Below, one piece after another: positions 18,115 to 26,996 of a DNA stretch of 64,000 nucleotides (the stretch's first letter is position 1; each line of letters begins with the position of its first letter). The notes below the pieces were generated by a model. That model was not told where the DNA came from. It saw only the letters and a list, made by a program, of their open reading frames with translations, and ran no database searches. The position numbers and the translations under genes are program-made. The stretch is from an uncultured Oscillospiraceae bacterium (GTDB lineage: Bacteria; Bacillota; Clostridia; Oscillospirales; Oscillospiraceae), in assembly GCA_904419145.1 (NCBI GenBank), contig CAJFQQ010000007.1, positions 481-64,480 of the forward strand, written 5' to 3'.

Positions 18115-19626
18115 ATGAAAAAAGAGAGCTTCTTTGTTAAAAAAGCAAATCAGAGGAAGTTGAAACGCCACCAGGAGCCCAGTGTGCTGGCTTTCGGAGC
18201 CGGTGCCTCTGGGATTGTAGGCGCAGCGCTTGCGCTGATGATCTACGATTCAAAGACCGGAACCATCAGTACAGTTCCGCTGCTGATCTCCCTCCTCTTT
18301 CTGGTGGAGGCAGCAATCGCCCTGCTGGCGCTGCTGCTGGCAAACGGCCAGATTATCAAACACAACGAGATCTCCCGGCCGGTGCGCCTGATCGGTGTAC
18401 TGCTGGCGGTGACCATTGCAAATGGAAACATTTTCTGTTCTCTTGCCGGGTTGATTTTGCTCATAAAGAAGAAAAACCTGGAATACCAGGTGGGCTGCTA
18501 CATGTTGCTGGTAGAGGTCCTGATCCTGCTGGTGTCCTGCCTGAACTTTTTCAAACCCTGGGTCTGCGATACCTTTTTCCTGGGCATGGGCCTGCTGGGG
18601 GCGGTTGCTGCAATCCATCTCATCTCGCTGCCCCTGGTTGCCGCCTATGTGAAGGGCAATCGGGCGGATAAAAAAATGATCCCCCTGGGGATTGTCCTGA
18701 TCCTTACCGCCTTGACAGGGAATCTGTTTTCCCTGCTGCTGGGCGTACTGCTGATCCGCAAGGCGCTCACCAAGGATGACCATGTCTCCATCAGCTGGGT
18801 GGATGTGATCAAGCGCCTGTTCCGCAGTCAGATGGCTGTTCTGGGTGCATTCATCATCGTGTTTTTGCTGGCCCTGTCCATCTGTGCGAATCTGACCTTT
18901 GACTACGGTATTGCCGTGGACAACGACTACTCCATGATTCTGCAGAACCCCAGCTTGGTTTACCCCTTCGGCACGGATGATTATGGCCGGTGCGTATTCA
19001 CCCGAGTGGTTTTCGGCGCCCGAATTTCCCTGACGGTCGGCATTTTCTCCACAGCCATCTCCATTGTAGTGGGGATCCTGCTGGGCGCCATCGCAGGATT
19101 TTACTCCGGTGCTACGGATAATGTTATCATGCGTATTCTGGATGTGTTCATGGCGATTCCCGGCCTGCTGCTGCCCATCGCAATCATTGCAGCCTTTGGC
19201 ACCAGCACGGCAAATATTACCTTTGCGCTGGGGGTCGGCGCCATTCCGAGCTATGCCAGAACCATCCGGGCCTCCGTCCTGCAGCTGCAGGATTCAGAGT
19301 TTGTGGAAGCGGCCCGGGCCTGCGGTGCAAAGGATAATATCATTATTTTCAAACATATCCTGCCTAACTCCATGGCCCCCCTGATTATCCGCGCCACGCT
19401 GGGAATCGGCGCCGGTGTCACCGCCGTCAGCTCTTTGAGCTATCTGGGCCTGGGCATCGCACCCCATATCCCCGAGTGGGGCAATATCCTCAAGGCGGGA
19501 AGCTCGTATCTGGAAAGCAATCCATATATGGCAATTTTCCCAGGCTTTGCCATTGTGATTCTAGTGCTGGCGTTTAACTTCCTGGGCGATGGTTTCCGCG
19601 ATGCGTTGGATCCCAAGTTGAAATAA
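18115..19626 (+). CDS. peptide ABC transporter permease (OppC/DppC-like) with polytopic N-terminal extension
   Basis: ATG 18115 is preferred over GTG 18106. The DppC core begins near LVYPFGTDDYGRCVFTRVVFGARISL. It is preceded by more than 200 aa of extra hydrophobic segments. Confidence 0.85.
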   Translation: MKKESFFVKKANQRKLKRHQEPSVLAFGAGASGIVGAALALMIYDSKTGTISTVPLLISLLFLVEAAIALLALLLANGQIIKHNEISRPVRLIGVLLAVTIANGNIFCSLAGLILLIKKKNLEYQVGCYMLLVEVLILLVSCLNFFKPWVCDTFFLGMGLLGAVAAIHLISLPLVAAYVKGNRADKKMIPLGIVLILTALTGNLFSLLLGVLLIRKALTKDDHVSISWVDVIKRLFRSQMAVLGAFIIVFLLALSICANLTFDYGIAVDNDYSMILQNPSLVYPFGTDDYGRCVFTRVVFGARISLTVGIFSTAISIVVGILLGAIAGFYSGATDNVIMRILDVFMAIPGLLLPIAIIAAFGTSTANITFALGVGAIPSYARTIRASVLQLQDSEFVEAARACGAKDNIIIFKHILPNSMAPLIIRATLGIGAGVTAVSSLSYLGLGIAPHIPEWGNILKAGSSYLESNPYMAIFPGFAIVILVLAFNFLGDGFRDALDPKLK

Positions 19627-19649
19627 AATGGGGGAAAGGGAGGTTGCAC

Positions 19650-20654
19650 ATGGCGCAACAGGAGAAAAAATGTATCCTGCAGGTAAAAAACCTGCATGTG
19701 CATTACATAACCGATGAAGAGGAAGTCTTTGCCGTAAACGGCATCAGTTTTGATCTGGACGAGGGCGACAGCATTGGCCTTGTGGGGGAGACTGGCGCCG
19801 GCAAGACTACCACGGCAATGGCAATCATGCAGCTGGTGCCGGATCCGCCGGGGGTTATCACGGAAGGAGAGATTCTCTTCCAGGGCCGGGATATGATCCT
19901 GAACACCGATGCAGAAAACCAGAAAATCCGCGGCAACGGGATTTCCATGATCTTTCAGGATCCCATGACGGCTTTGAACCCCACCATGACAGTGGGGGAT
20001 CAGCTGATTGAGGTGCTGCGCCGCCACAACAAATCCATGTCCAAGGCGGAAGCGAAAAAGCAGGCCATTGAGATGCTGGAGATGGTGGGTGTGAAGGCCG
20101 AGCGCTTTAACGACTATCCCCATCAGTTCTCCGGAGGCATGAAGCAGCGCGTCGTGATTACCATGGCGCTGCTGTGCAATCCGGATCTGTTGATCGCCGA
20201 CGAACCGACCACCGCTCTGGATGTGACGATTCAGGCCCAGGTGCTGGACATTATGCGCAATCTGCGGGAAAAGTTCCACATGGGACTGATTATGATTACC
20301 CACGATCTGGGCGTTGTGGCGGAGACGTGCGACAAGGTTGCCATTATTTATGCCGGTGAAGTTGTAGAGGCCGGTTCCGTGACAGAGGTGTACCTTAATC
20401 CGCGCCACCCCTATACCCGAGGGCTGTTTGACTCGATCCCCAAACTGGATGAGGACAGCACCCGCCTAATCCCCATTGAGGGGATGACACCCAACATGGC
20501 GGAGCCTCCTACCGGCTGTTATTTCCATCCCCGGTGCAAGTACTGCCAGGAGAGGTGCAGAACGCAGTCCCCGGAGATGGTGCAGATGGCGGGCGGAACC
20601 CATCGGTTCAAGTGCTTTTACCCACTGGGGAATGAGCAGGATGAGGAGGTGTAA
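19650..20654 (+). CDS. peptide ABC transporter ATP-binding protein (OppD/DppD-like)
   Basis: Walker A GETGAGKT, signature FSGGMKQR, Walker [13 protein letters not shown]. It has the C-terminal oligopeptide-ABC Cys-containing tail. ATG 19650 has better SD spacing than TTG 19644. Confidence 0.9.
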   Translation: MAQQEKKCILQVKNLHVHYITDEEEVFAVNGISFDLDEGDSIGLVGETGAGKTTTAMAIMQLVPDPPGVITEGEILFQGRDMILNTDAENQKIRGNGISMIFQDPMTALNPTMTVGDQLIEVLRRHNKSMSKAEAKKQAIEMLEMVGVKAERFNDYPHQFSGGMKQRVVITMALLCNPDLLIADEPTTALDVTIQAQVLDIMRNLREKFHMGLIMITHDLGVVAETCDKVAIIYAGEVVEAGSVTEVYLNPRHPYTRGLFDSIPKLDEDSTRLIPIEGMTPNMAEPPTGCYFHPRCKYCQERCRTQSPEMVQMAGGTHRFKCFYPLGNEQDEEV

Positions 20655-20657
20655 GCC

Positions 20658-21635
20658 ATGAGTACAATGCTGGAAGTTATCAACCTGAAAAAATATTTCA
20701 ATGTGGCTAATGGCGGGCATCTCCATGCCGTGGACGACGTCAGCTTCAAGATTGAAAAAGGCGAGACCTTGGGAATTGTCGGCGAATCCGGCTGCGGGAA
20801 AAGCACCCTGGGCCGTACAATTCTCCGCCTCCATGAGCCTACCGGCGGAAAAGTGATCTTTGACGGCATGGACATCGTCTCCTTTGACAAAGAAGAGATG
20901 CGCCAGATGCGCAAAGAGATGCAGATTATCTTCCAGGACCCCTATGCCTCGCTGAATCCCCGCTTTACGATTTCTCAGATCATTGAGGAGCCCCTGAAGC
21001 TCCACAATCTCTATCCATCCGCTGCAGAGCGCAAAGAGCGGGTGGAGCAGATGATGGCGTTGACCGGGCTGTCCCACCGTATGTCCAATATGTACCCCCA
21101 CGAGTTTGACGGCGGGCGCCGTCAGCGCGTGGTCATCGCCCGGGCGCTGTCCCTTAACCCCAAGTTTATTATCTGCGATGAGCCGGTCAGCGCCCTGGAT
21201 GTATCCGTACAGGCGCAGATCATCAACCTGATGATGGACCTGCAGGAGCGGCTGGGCCTGACCTATGTGTTTATCTCCCACGACATGTCTGTCATCAAAC
21301 ACATTTCTACCAATATCGGCGTTATGTATCTGGGGCAGATGATTGAAAAAGCCAGCAAACACGAGATGTTCAAGCGCCCCATCCATCCCTACACCATCGC
21401 GCTTCTCTCCGCTATTCCTTCCACGAATATCCGGGAAAAGAAGGAAAAAATTATTCTGAAGGGTGAAATTGGTTCTCCGGTGAACCCCAAGCCCGGATGC
21501 CGCTTTGCCCCCCGGTGCCCCTTTGCCACGGACCGCTGCCGCACGGAAAACCCCTCTTTTGAGGAGGCACTGCCCGGGCATTTTGTGGCCTGCCACCGAA
21601 CCGGGGAAATGCTGGAGGGGAAGCTGAGATTCTAA
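20658..21635 (+). CDS. peptide ABC transporter ATP-binding protein (OppF/DppF-like)
   Basis: Walker A GESGCGKS, signature FDGGRRQR, Walker B FIICDEPVSALD. Confidence 0.9.
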   Translation: MSTMLEVINLKKYFNVANGGHLHAVDDVSFKIEKGETLGIVGESGCGKSTLGRTILRLHEPTGGKVIFDGMDIVSFDKEEMRQMRKEMQIIFQDPYASLNPRFTISQIIEEPLKLHNLYPSAAERKERVEQMMALTGLSHRMSNMYPHEFDGGRRQRVVIARALSLNPKFIICDEPVSALDVSVQAQIINLMMDLQERLGLTYVFISHDMSVIKHISTNIGVMYLGQMIEKASKHEMFKRPIHPYTIALLSAIPSTNIREKKEKIILKGEIGSPVNPKPGCRFAPRCPFATDRCRTENPSFEEALPGHFVACHRTGEMLEGKLRF

Positions 21636-21721
21636 GACAGATGAATATTTTGGCGGAACTCCGCTGAGATAGAGGCGATACCCCAAAATCTTTCCACAAG
21701 GAAAAGGAGGAACCGAAGAAG

Positions 21722-23539
21722 ATGAAAAAGAAGAAATTAGCCGCGTTATTCCTGAGTGCGGTGATGCTGCTGTCCCTGGTAGGCTGCAACACCCAGACCC
21801 GCAGCGAGGCCACCGGCAGTGACGGCAGCACCGTCAGCGGGAGCGTCACGCTGAATCTGCTGTACCAGAGCAGTGACGAGGTCGTGGCCAACGTCATCCG
21901 CGACGAGCTGACCCGCGCAGGTATGACAGTGGAGATGTCTGCTGCTTCCGATGGTGGTACTTTCCGGGAGCAGATGGGTAACGGCAACTTTGACATCGCC
22001 ATTTACAGCTGGGCTAACGTGATGGGCAACCCCGACTACAGCGTTCGCGGCACATGGTACAGCACCGGCGCCAGCAACTACGCCGGGATCAATGACACCA
22101 CAGTGGACAGCCTGATTGAAGAGGCTGCTGCCCAGACCGCTGAGGAGTATGTAGAGACCTATGGTGAGCTGGAGCGCTATGTGGTGGAGGAGCAGACTTA
22201 TATGACTCCGCTATATCAGAAGATCACCGGCCGCGGGTTCAGCAATGTTCTGGATGCCAATACAATTACCAACAACCAGCGCTGGGAGGATTTCTCCTAT
22301 GCGGACTCCTCTCAGAATTCTACCCGCCCCCTGATCCTTTCCCAGACCGCAGGCAGCGTGTCGACCTGGGATCCTATCCGCGCCAACGACCAGACTACCG
22401 GCTATGCGCTGGATCACATGTATATTCATCTGCTGACCCTGCAGCCCGACTGGTCCGTTTCCACGGATGAGTCCCTGTCCTACAGCTATGCAGTCTCCGA
22501 GGACAATACCCAGTACTATTTCCTGCTGCGTGACGACTGCAACTTTGCCCGCGTGGATGAGAACGGCGAGGTGTATGACTCCGGCGTGATGGTCTCCGGC
22601 GAAGATGTGGTTTACTCCCTGGAACGGGCGAGAGACCCCAACTCTACCCCGCTGCATCAGACTTACTCCGTCTATGAGAACCTGGCTTCCACTGAGATTG
22701 TTACCGACATCTCCGTCCTGGACAGCACCATGACCGCCGACGGCCGCAGCGTCCGCGAGGTCCTGGAGGCCGAGGGACAGACCATCGGCTCCCTGGTAGC
22801 CACCAGAGACGAGGTGGACAATGCTGCCGGAAATTATCAGGTGGTCTGCTGCACCACGTCTATCCCCTATCCTCAGATCCTCAACGGCTTGACATTCCAT
22901 GGCGCTGGCATTGTGGACAGCGAGTGGGTGGAAGCTATGAATGCCGATGTGGACGTGGCAAACTATGATGCCACCACCGACAGCCTGTACGGTGACGCTG
23001 TTACCACCATGGAAGGAGACGGCTATGCCAACCATCTGTCCCTGAGCGGGAACTATGTGTTGACCTCCATGAACGACTACCAGATGAATTTTGTGGCAAA
23101 CCCCTACATCCGTACCAATGATACCGAGAAGAACCCTATCACTACGATCACGGACCGTTTCATGAGCGATACCGAAGCCGCCCTGTCCGCCCTGCGCAGC
23201 GGTGAAGTGGATTTCCCCTATAACCTGCCTGAAACCAAGTACGATACCATCGAGCAGGATGAGAACCTGGACATGACCTACTTCGACGGCACCCGTGTCT
23301 ATATGCTGGCTTTCAACATGCACGGCAATTCTGCGGTGTCCGAGTCCCTTGACCTGCGCAAGGCGGTCGCCTCCTGCATCAAGTATGAAGACATCAGCGC
23401 GGTTCTCGCCGGCAACACGGTGGAGTGCGACAGCTTCCTCAGCGCCTGCCTGGACTGCGGAAACACTTTCAGCTATGAGGACGGCGCGACCCAGCAGTAT
23501 CTGGAGGCCTATTTTGCAAGCCAGGAGGCCGCAGCGTAA
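21722..23539 (+). CDS. ABC transporter substrate-binding lipoprotein (family 5, peptide/nickel type)
   Basis: 605 aa. MKKKKLAALFLSAVMLLSLVGC gives a lipoprotein signal. SBP-5-like body. Confidence 0.8.
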   Translation: MKKKKLAALFLSAVMLLSLVGCNTQTRSEATGSDGSTVSGSVTLNLLYQSSDEVVANVIRDELTRAGMTVEMSAASDGGTFREQMGNGNFDIAIYSWANVMGNPDYSVRGTWYSTGASNYAGINDTTVDSLIEEAAAQTAEEYVETYGELERYVVEEQTYMTPLYQKITGRGFSNVLDANTITNNQRWEDFSYADSSQNSTRPLILSQTAGSVSTWDPIRANDQTTGYALDHMYIHLLTLQPDWSVSTDESLSYSYAVSEDNTQYYFLLRDDCNFARVDENGEVYDSGVMVSGEDVVYSLERARDPNSTPLHQTYSVYENLASTEIVTDISVLDSTMTADGRSVREVLEAEGQTIGSLVATRDEVDNAAGNYQVVCCTTSIPYPQILNGLTFHGAGIVDSEWVEAMNADVDVANYDATTDSLYGDAVTTMEGDGYANHLSLSGNYVLTSMNDYQMNFVANPYIRTNDTEKNPITTITDRFMSDTEAALSALRSGEVDFPYNLPETKYDTIEQDENLDMTYFDGTRVYMLAFNMHGNSAVSESLDLRKAVASCIKYEDISAVLAGNTVECDSFLSACLDCGNTFSYEDGATQQYLEAYFASQEAAA

Positions 23540-23598
23540 GCCCTGTCATCCATTTGAAGATAGAGTGGGCTTGGCTGTGTGTTCAATGCTTTCTTACG

Positions 23599-23638
23599 GA
23601 TCGGGGCCTGCGTGTTTCAGCAGGCCCCGATCTTTCAC
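23599..23638 (+). terminator. hairpin/terminator after the SBP gene
   Basis: GATCGGGGCCTGC / GCAGGCCCCGATC stem followed by TTTCAC (short U-tract). Confidence 0.5.
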
Positions 23639-23764
23639 TGAGGGATGGGGATAAAAAGAAGATCGTGACAGTTGCCGCCAATTGGTGTACGATAGGGTAC
23701 ACAAAAAACGGCGGGCACAGCATATATCCGCTGCAGATATGGAGATTAAGGAGATGAGGAAAGT

Positions 23765-25219
23765 ATGGATCGACAGGAGTTGATCGGTCGGATCGACCAA
23801 TATATCCACGCGCATCGAAATGATATTGTGGAGGATCTGAAAAAACTGGTCAGGATTCCCAGCGTCAGCCGCGAGGGTGAGGATGGGAAGCCCTTTGGTA
23901 TGGAGTGTGCAAAGGTGCTGGCCCTGGCCTTGAAAATGGCAAAAGAGCGGGGGTTCTATGTAAACAACCATGAGGATTGGTATGGGACGGCCTGCTATGG
24001 AAATAACCAGCCCGGCAGAGGGCTGATCGGGATTTTTTCCCACTTGGACGTGGTGGAGGCCGGAGAAGGCTGGACCTATGACCCTTGGGAGCCGACGGAA
24101 GTCAATGGGTTTTTGATCGGTCGTGGCGCCGGCGACAACAAGAGCGGCGCCATCATCGGGCTGTACACCATGCAGGTTCTGAAAGAGCTGAAAATTCCGC
24201 TGAAAAGCAATGTCATGCTGTATTTCGGGACCAATGAAGAAAAGGGAATGAAGGATGCGGAGCGCTTCGCCAAGGAGCACATCATGCCGGATTACTCCAT
24301 GGTGCCGGATCTGTTTTTCCCTGTCTGCTATGGGGAGAAAGGCAACTATAAGGTGAAAATCCAGTCAAAGGTGGGATTTCGGCAAATCAGCCGGTTCCAC
24401 AGCGGAACGGCGGACAATGTGATCCCGGCTAAAGCGGTGGCGGAGATCCGCTGCACGGAGGAGCTGTACGCGCAGGCTGTGGATCTGGCGCGGGAAAATG
24501 AGAACATTGCGCTGAAGCGGGAGGGCCGGGCTCTCACTGTAACAGCCAGGGGCACAGGGGGGCACAGTGCCATGCCCCAGGGAAAAATTAACGCCATTCA
24601 GGTGCTGACCGCATTTTTGAAAGGACTAACCACACTGGATCCGCAGGACCGCAGGATCTGCGAGGCATTTGCTGATTTTAGCGGGGACTGCGATGGCAAG
24701 GCGTTGGGGATCGCTATTTCCGATGAGCCGTCCGGTGCATTGGTCTGTTCCGCCGTTCGGGCGGACATGGACGGCCTGATCCCGGAGGTGATGATCTCTT
24801 CCCGCTACCCTGTCACAGATTGCCGGGAGAGGATTGAGTCGGCGCTGCTTGCGACGCTCCATGAAAGGGGCTTTGAACTGAAGGATATTGTCAACAGCGA
24901 TCCGCTGTATATTTCAAAGGATGACCCATTTGTCCAGCGGCTTACCAAGGTTTATCAGGAAACCACGGGGAATGACCGGGAGCCCTATGTCATTGACGGC
25001 GGAACCTATGCCAGAAAGCTGAAGCATGCCGTCGGGTTTGGAGGCGGCACTGGAATCCGGGCGGATTTCCTGCCGGAGGGCCATGGTGCCGTGCACCAGC
25101 CTGATGAGGCTCGCAGCATTGATGGCATTTTAGAGGCAATCAAGATTTATGTGCTGTCTGTGATGGAAATTGACCAGATGATCCAGGAGGAGCAAAAAAC
25201 AGAGGCACACAGGCAGTAG
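23765..25219 (+). CDS. M20 family dipeptidase (PepV/Sapep-like)
   Basis: 484 aa. IPSVS, SHLDVVEAGEGWTYDPWEP and RGAGDNK motifs. AAGGAG SD. Confidence 0.85.
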   Translation: MDRQELIGRIDQYIHAHRNDIVEDLKKLVRIPSVSREGEDGKPFGMECAKVLALALKMAKERGFYVNNHEDWYGTACYGNNQPGRGLIGIFSHLDVVEAGEGWTYDPWEPTEVNGFLIGRGAGDNKSGAIIGLYTMQVLKELKIPLKSNVMLYFGTNEEKGMKDAERFAKEHIMPDYSMVPDLFFPVCYGEKGNYKVKIQSKVGFRQISRFHSGTADNVIPAKAVAEIRCTEELYAQAVDLARENENIALKREGRALTVTARGTGGHSAMPQGKINAIQVLTAFLKGLTTLDPQDRRICEAFADFSGDCDGKALGIAISDEPSGALVCSAVRADMDGLIPEVMISSRYPVTDCRERIESALLATLHERGFELKDIVNSDPLYISKDDPFVQRLTKVYQETTGNDREPYVIDGGTYARKLKHAVGFGGGTGIRADFLPEGHGAVHQPDEARSIDGILEAIKIYVLSVMEIDQMIQEEQKTEAHRQ

Positions 25220-25311
25220 GGCTTCTGGGGCCGATGCCAGAGGGGCCTGCCCGAAAAGAAGTTTCCGGCGGGCCGGGGCTGCGCTTGTTGAAACCTGCTG
25301 CAGCGCATTGC

Positions 25312-25338
25312 AAAAGCCGCCCTGCCGGGGCGGCTTTT
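25312..25338. terminator. bidirectional terminator between convergent genes
   Basis: AAAAGCCGCCC-loop-GGGCGGCTTTT between the M20 gene (+) and the enolase-superfamily gene (-). Confidence 0.7.
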
Positions 25339-25348
25339 GTGCCGGTGC

Positions 25349-26491
25349 CTACAGATCCCGCACCGAGCCGTCAAAGGAAATCTGGCATTGAATGCTGCGC
25401 GGGGCCGGCGGGAACCTCTCTGCAAGATCCTCCGCCAGTTCAATTCCTATGCCCGGCGCATCGGGAACGACCAGGAAGCCGTGATCCAGTTCCAGCAGCG
25501 AGGTAATCATATCTCTTTCACCGCCAGATAGGTAGAAACTGGGAAACTCCTGGATACACACGTTGGGCACAGCTGCATCCAGCTGCAGACAGGCTGCTGT
25601 GGACACGGGGCCCAGCGGATTGTGAGGGACGATGTCCACATAGTGGCTTTCGGCAATGGCGGCCACTTTTTTGCAGGCGGTGATGCCGCCCATGGTGCAC
25701 AGATCCGGGCGGACATACCGGGCGGCTTTTTTCATCAGCAGGTTTTCAAATTCCTGAATGGTGATAAACCGCTCTCCTGTGGCAATGGGAAGCCAAGTTT
25801 TGGCGGCGATCTCAGCCATGACCTCATCGCTGTCCGGTGCGATGGGATCCTCCAAAAACAGGGGGGTGTATGGCTCCACTCCCTTGGCAAAGGCAAGGGC
25901 ATCGGGAACGGACATGGAGCGGTGGATTTCCAGAATCAGGTCGAAATCCGATCCGACCGCTTCCCGGCAGGCCCGGACCCGCTCTATCTGGGCAGATATC
26001 CGGCTGGAAAAAATGCTCTCCTCAGGACCGCAGGTTCGCTGGCGGGCATCCCCGGTAATCATCAGCCGGGCAGCCGTAAATCCCTGGGCCTTGATCTCCC
26101 GGCAGGCCCTGGCCATATCCTCCGGGGTGAACTGAAATACGGCAGGATATGTGCGCACTTTGTCCCGGCATTTGCCGCCAAGCAGTTCATATACTGGGAC
26201 GCCCAGCGCTTTCCCTTTAATATCCCAGAGGGCGATGTCCACAGCGGCAATGGCGCTCATAATAATGCTGCCCCGGAAATACATGCTGCGGTACATATAC
26301 TGCCAGTGATGTTCAATCCGGCGGGGGTCCTGGCCGATCAGGTACGCCTCCAATTTTTTCAGGACGCCCAGAGCACCGTCCAGATAGCCCCAGACACCTA
26401 CTTCGCCAATCCCGGTGATCCCCTCGTTGGTGTGGATCTTGAGGAACAGATATTTGCTGGCGGGGATATATTCCATTTGCGTGATTTTCAA
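25349..26491 (-). CDS. enolase-superfamily sugar-acid dehydratase (mandelate racemase / D-galactonate-mannonate dehydratase family)
   Basis: 380 aa. GITGIGEVG, AIAAVDIALWDIKGKALGVPVYELLGG. The metal-ligand acidic residues are spaced as in the MR subgroup. Confidence 0.85.
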   Translation of the reverse strand: MKITQMEYIPASKYLFLKIHTNEGITGIGEVGVWGYLDGALGVLKKLEAYLIGQDPRRIEHHWQYMYRSMYFRGSIIMSAIAAVDIALWDIKGKALGVPVYELLGGKCRDKVRTYPAVFQFTPEDMARACREIKAQGFTAARLMITGDARQRTCGPEESIFSSRISAQIERVRACREAVGSDFDLILEIHRSMSVPDALAFAKGVEPYTPLFLEDPIAPDSDEVMAEIAAKTWLPIATGERFITIQEFENLLMKKAARYVRPDLCTMGGITACKKVAAIAESHYVDIVPHNPLGPVSTAACLQLDAAVPNVCIQEFPSFYLSGGERDMITSLLELDHGFLVVPDAPGIGIELAEDLAERFPPAPRSIQCQISFDGSVRDL

Positions 26492-26700
26492 AGCAATCGC
26501 CTCCTTACCAGAAATTTTTACACGCAGGCGCCATGCTGTTCCTATCTATCATAGCGAAAAAAAGGTGTCCCGTCCAATATCAATATATCATGTGATCATA
26601 ACGATCTGTGATGAAAGGGATGTGCTGCGATAGAGTTCGCTCCTGCCTCCAAGGGGAGAGATTTTCGGATTGGACAGCGATAGAGATTTGAATCGCCGGC

Positions 26701-26728
26701 TTGACAGAAATTAAGAACAAGATATAAT
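26701..26728 (+). promoter_or_regulatory. sigma-70-type promoter TTGACA-16-TATAAT
   Basis: Consensus hexamers at 26701-26706 and 26723-26728, upstream of the Moco leader. Confidence 0.6.
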
Positions 26729-26764
26729 AAAAATATATCCATAATAGCCGGGATGTTTGAACAA

Positions 26765-26882
26765 TATGTTTCCGAGCCCCAGGACCTACGGCAAACGCTA
26801 CGGTCCTCCGGCCAGGCCCTTTTCGGGCCTACGAGTGATGCTGGAAACGGCATGGCTTTCCGTGTTTGAGAAGGAAACCGCA
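26765..26882 (+). promoter_or_regulatory. candidate Moco (molybdenum cofactor) riboswitch aptamer
   Basis: GUUUCC-GAGCC at 26768-26778 closes with GGAAAC at 26873-26878 (P1). Internal hairpins and the CCUCCGGCC and GGAAACGG segments resemble the Moco RNA motif as I remember it. It sits immediately upstream of moeA. Confidence 0.55.
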
Positions 26883-26927
26883 TTGTGGCGATATGCTTGC
26901 TTTGTATATCTGTCTTGTATGATTTGG

Positions 26928-26966
26928 CGGACTGCCCTTCCTGCGGGGCAAGTCCGCATTTTTATT
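26928..26966 (+). terminator. intrinsic terminator/attenuator between the Moco leader and moeA
   Basis: GCGGACTGCCC...GGGCAAGTCCGC hairpin followed by ATTTTTATT, 30 nt before the moeA start. Confidence 0.7.
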
Positions 26967-26996
26967 GATGGATGACTCGCTTCAAGGAGTGAATTG

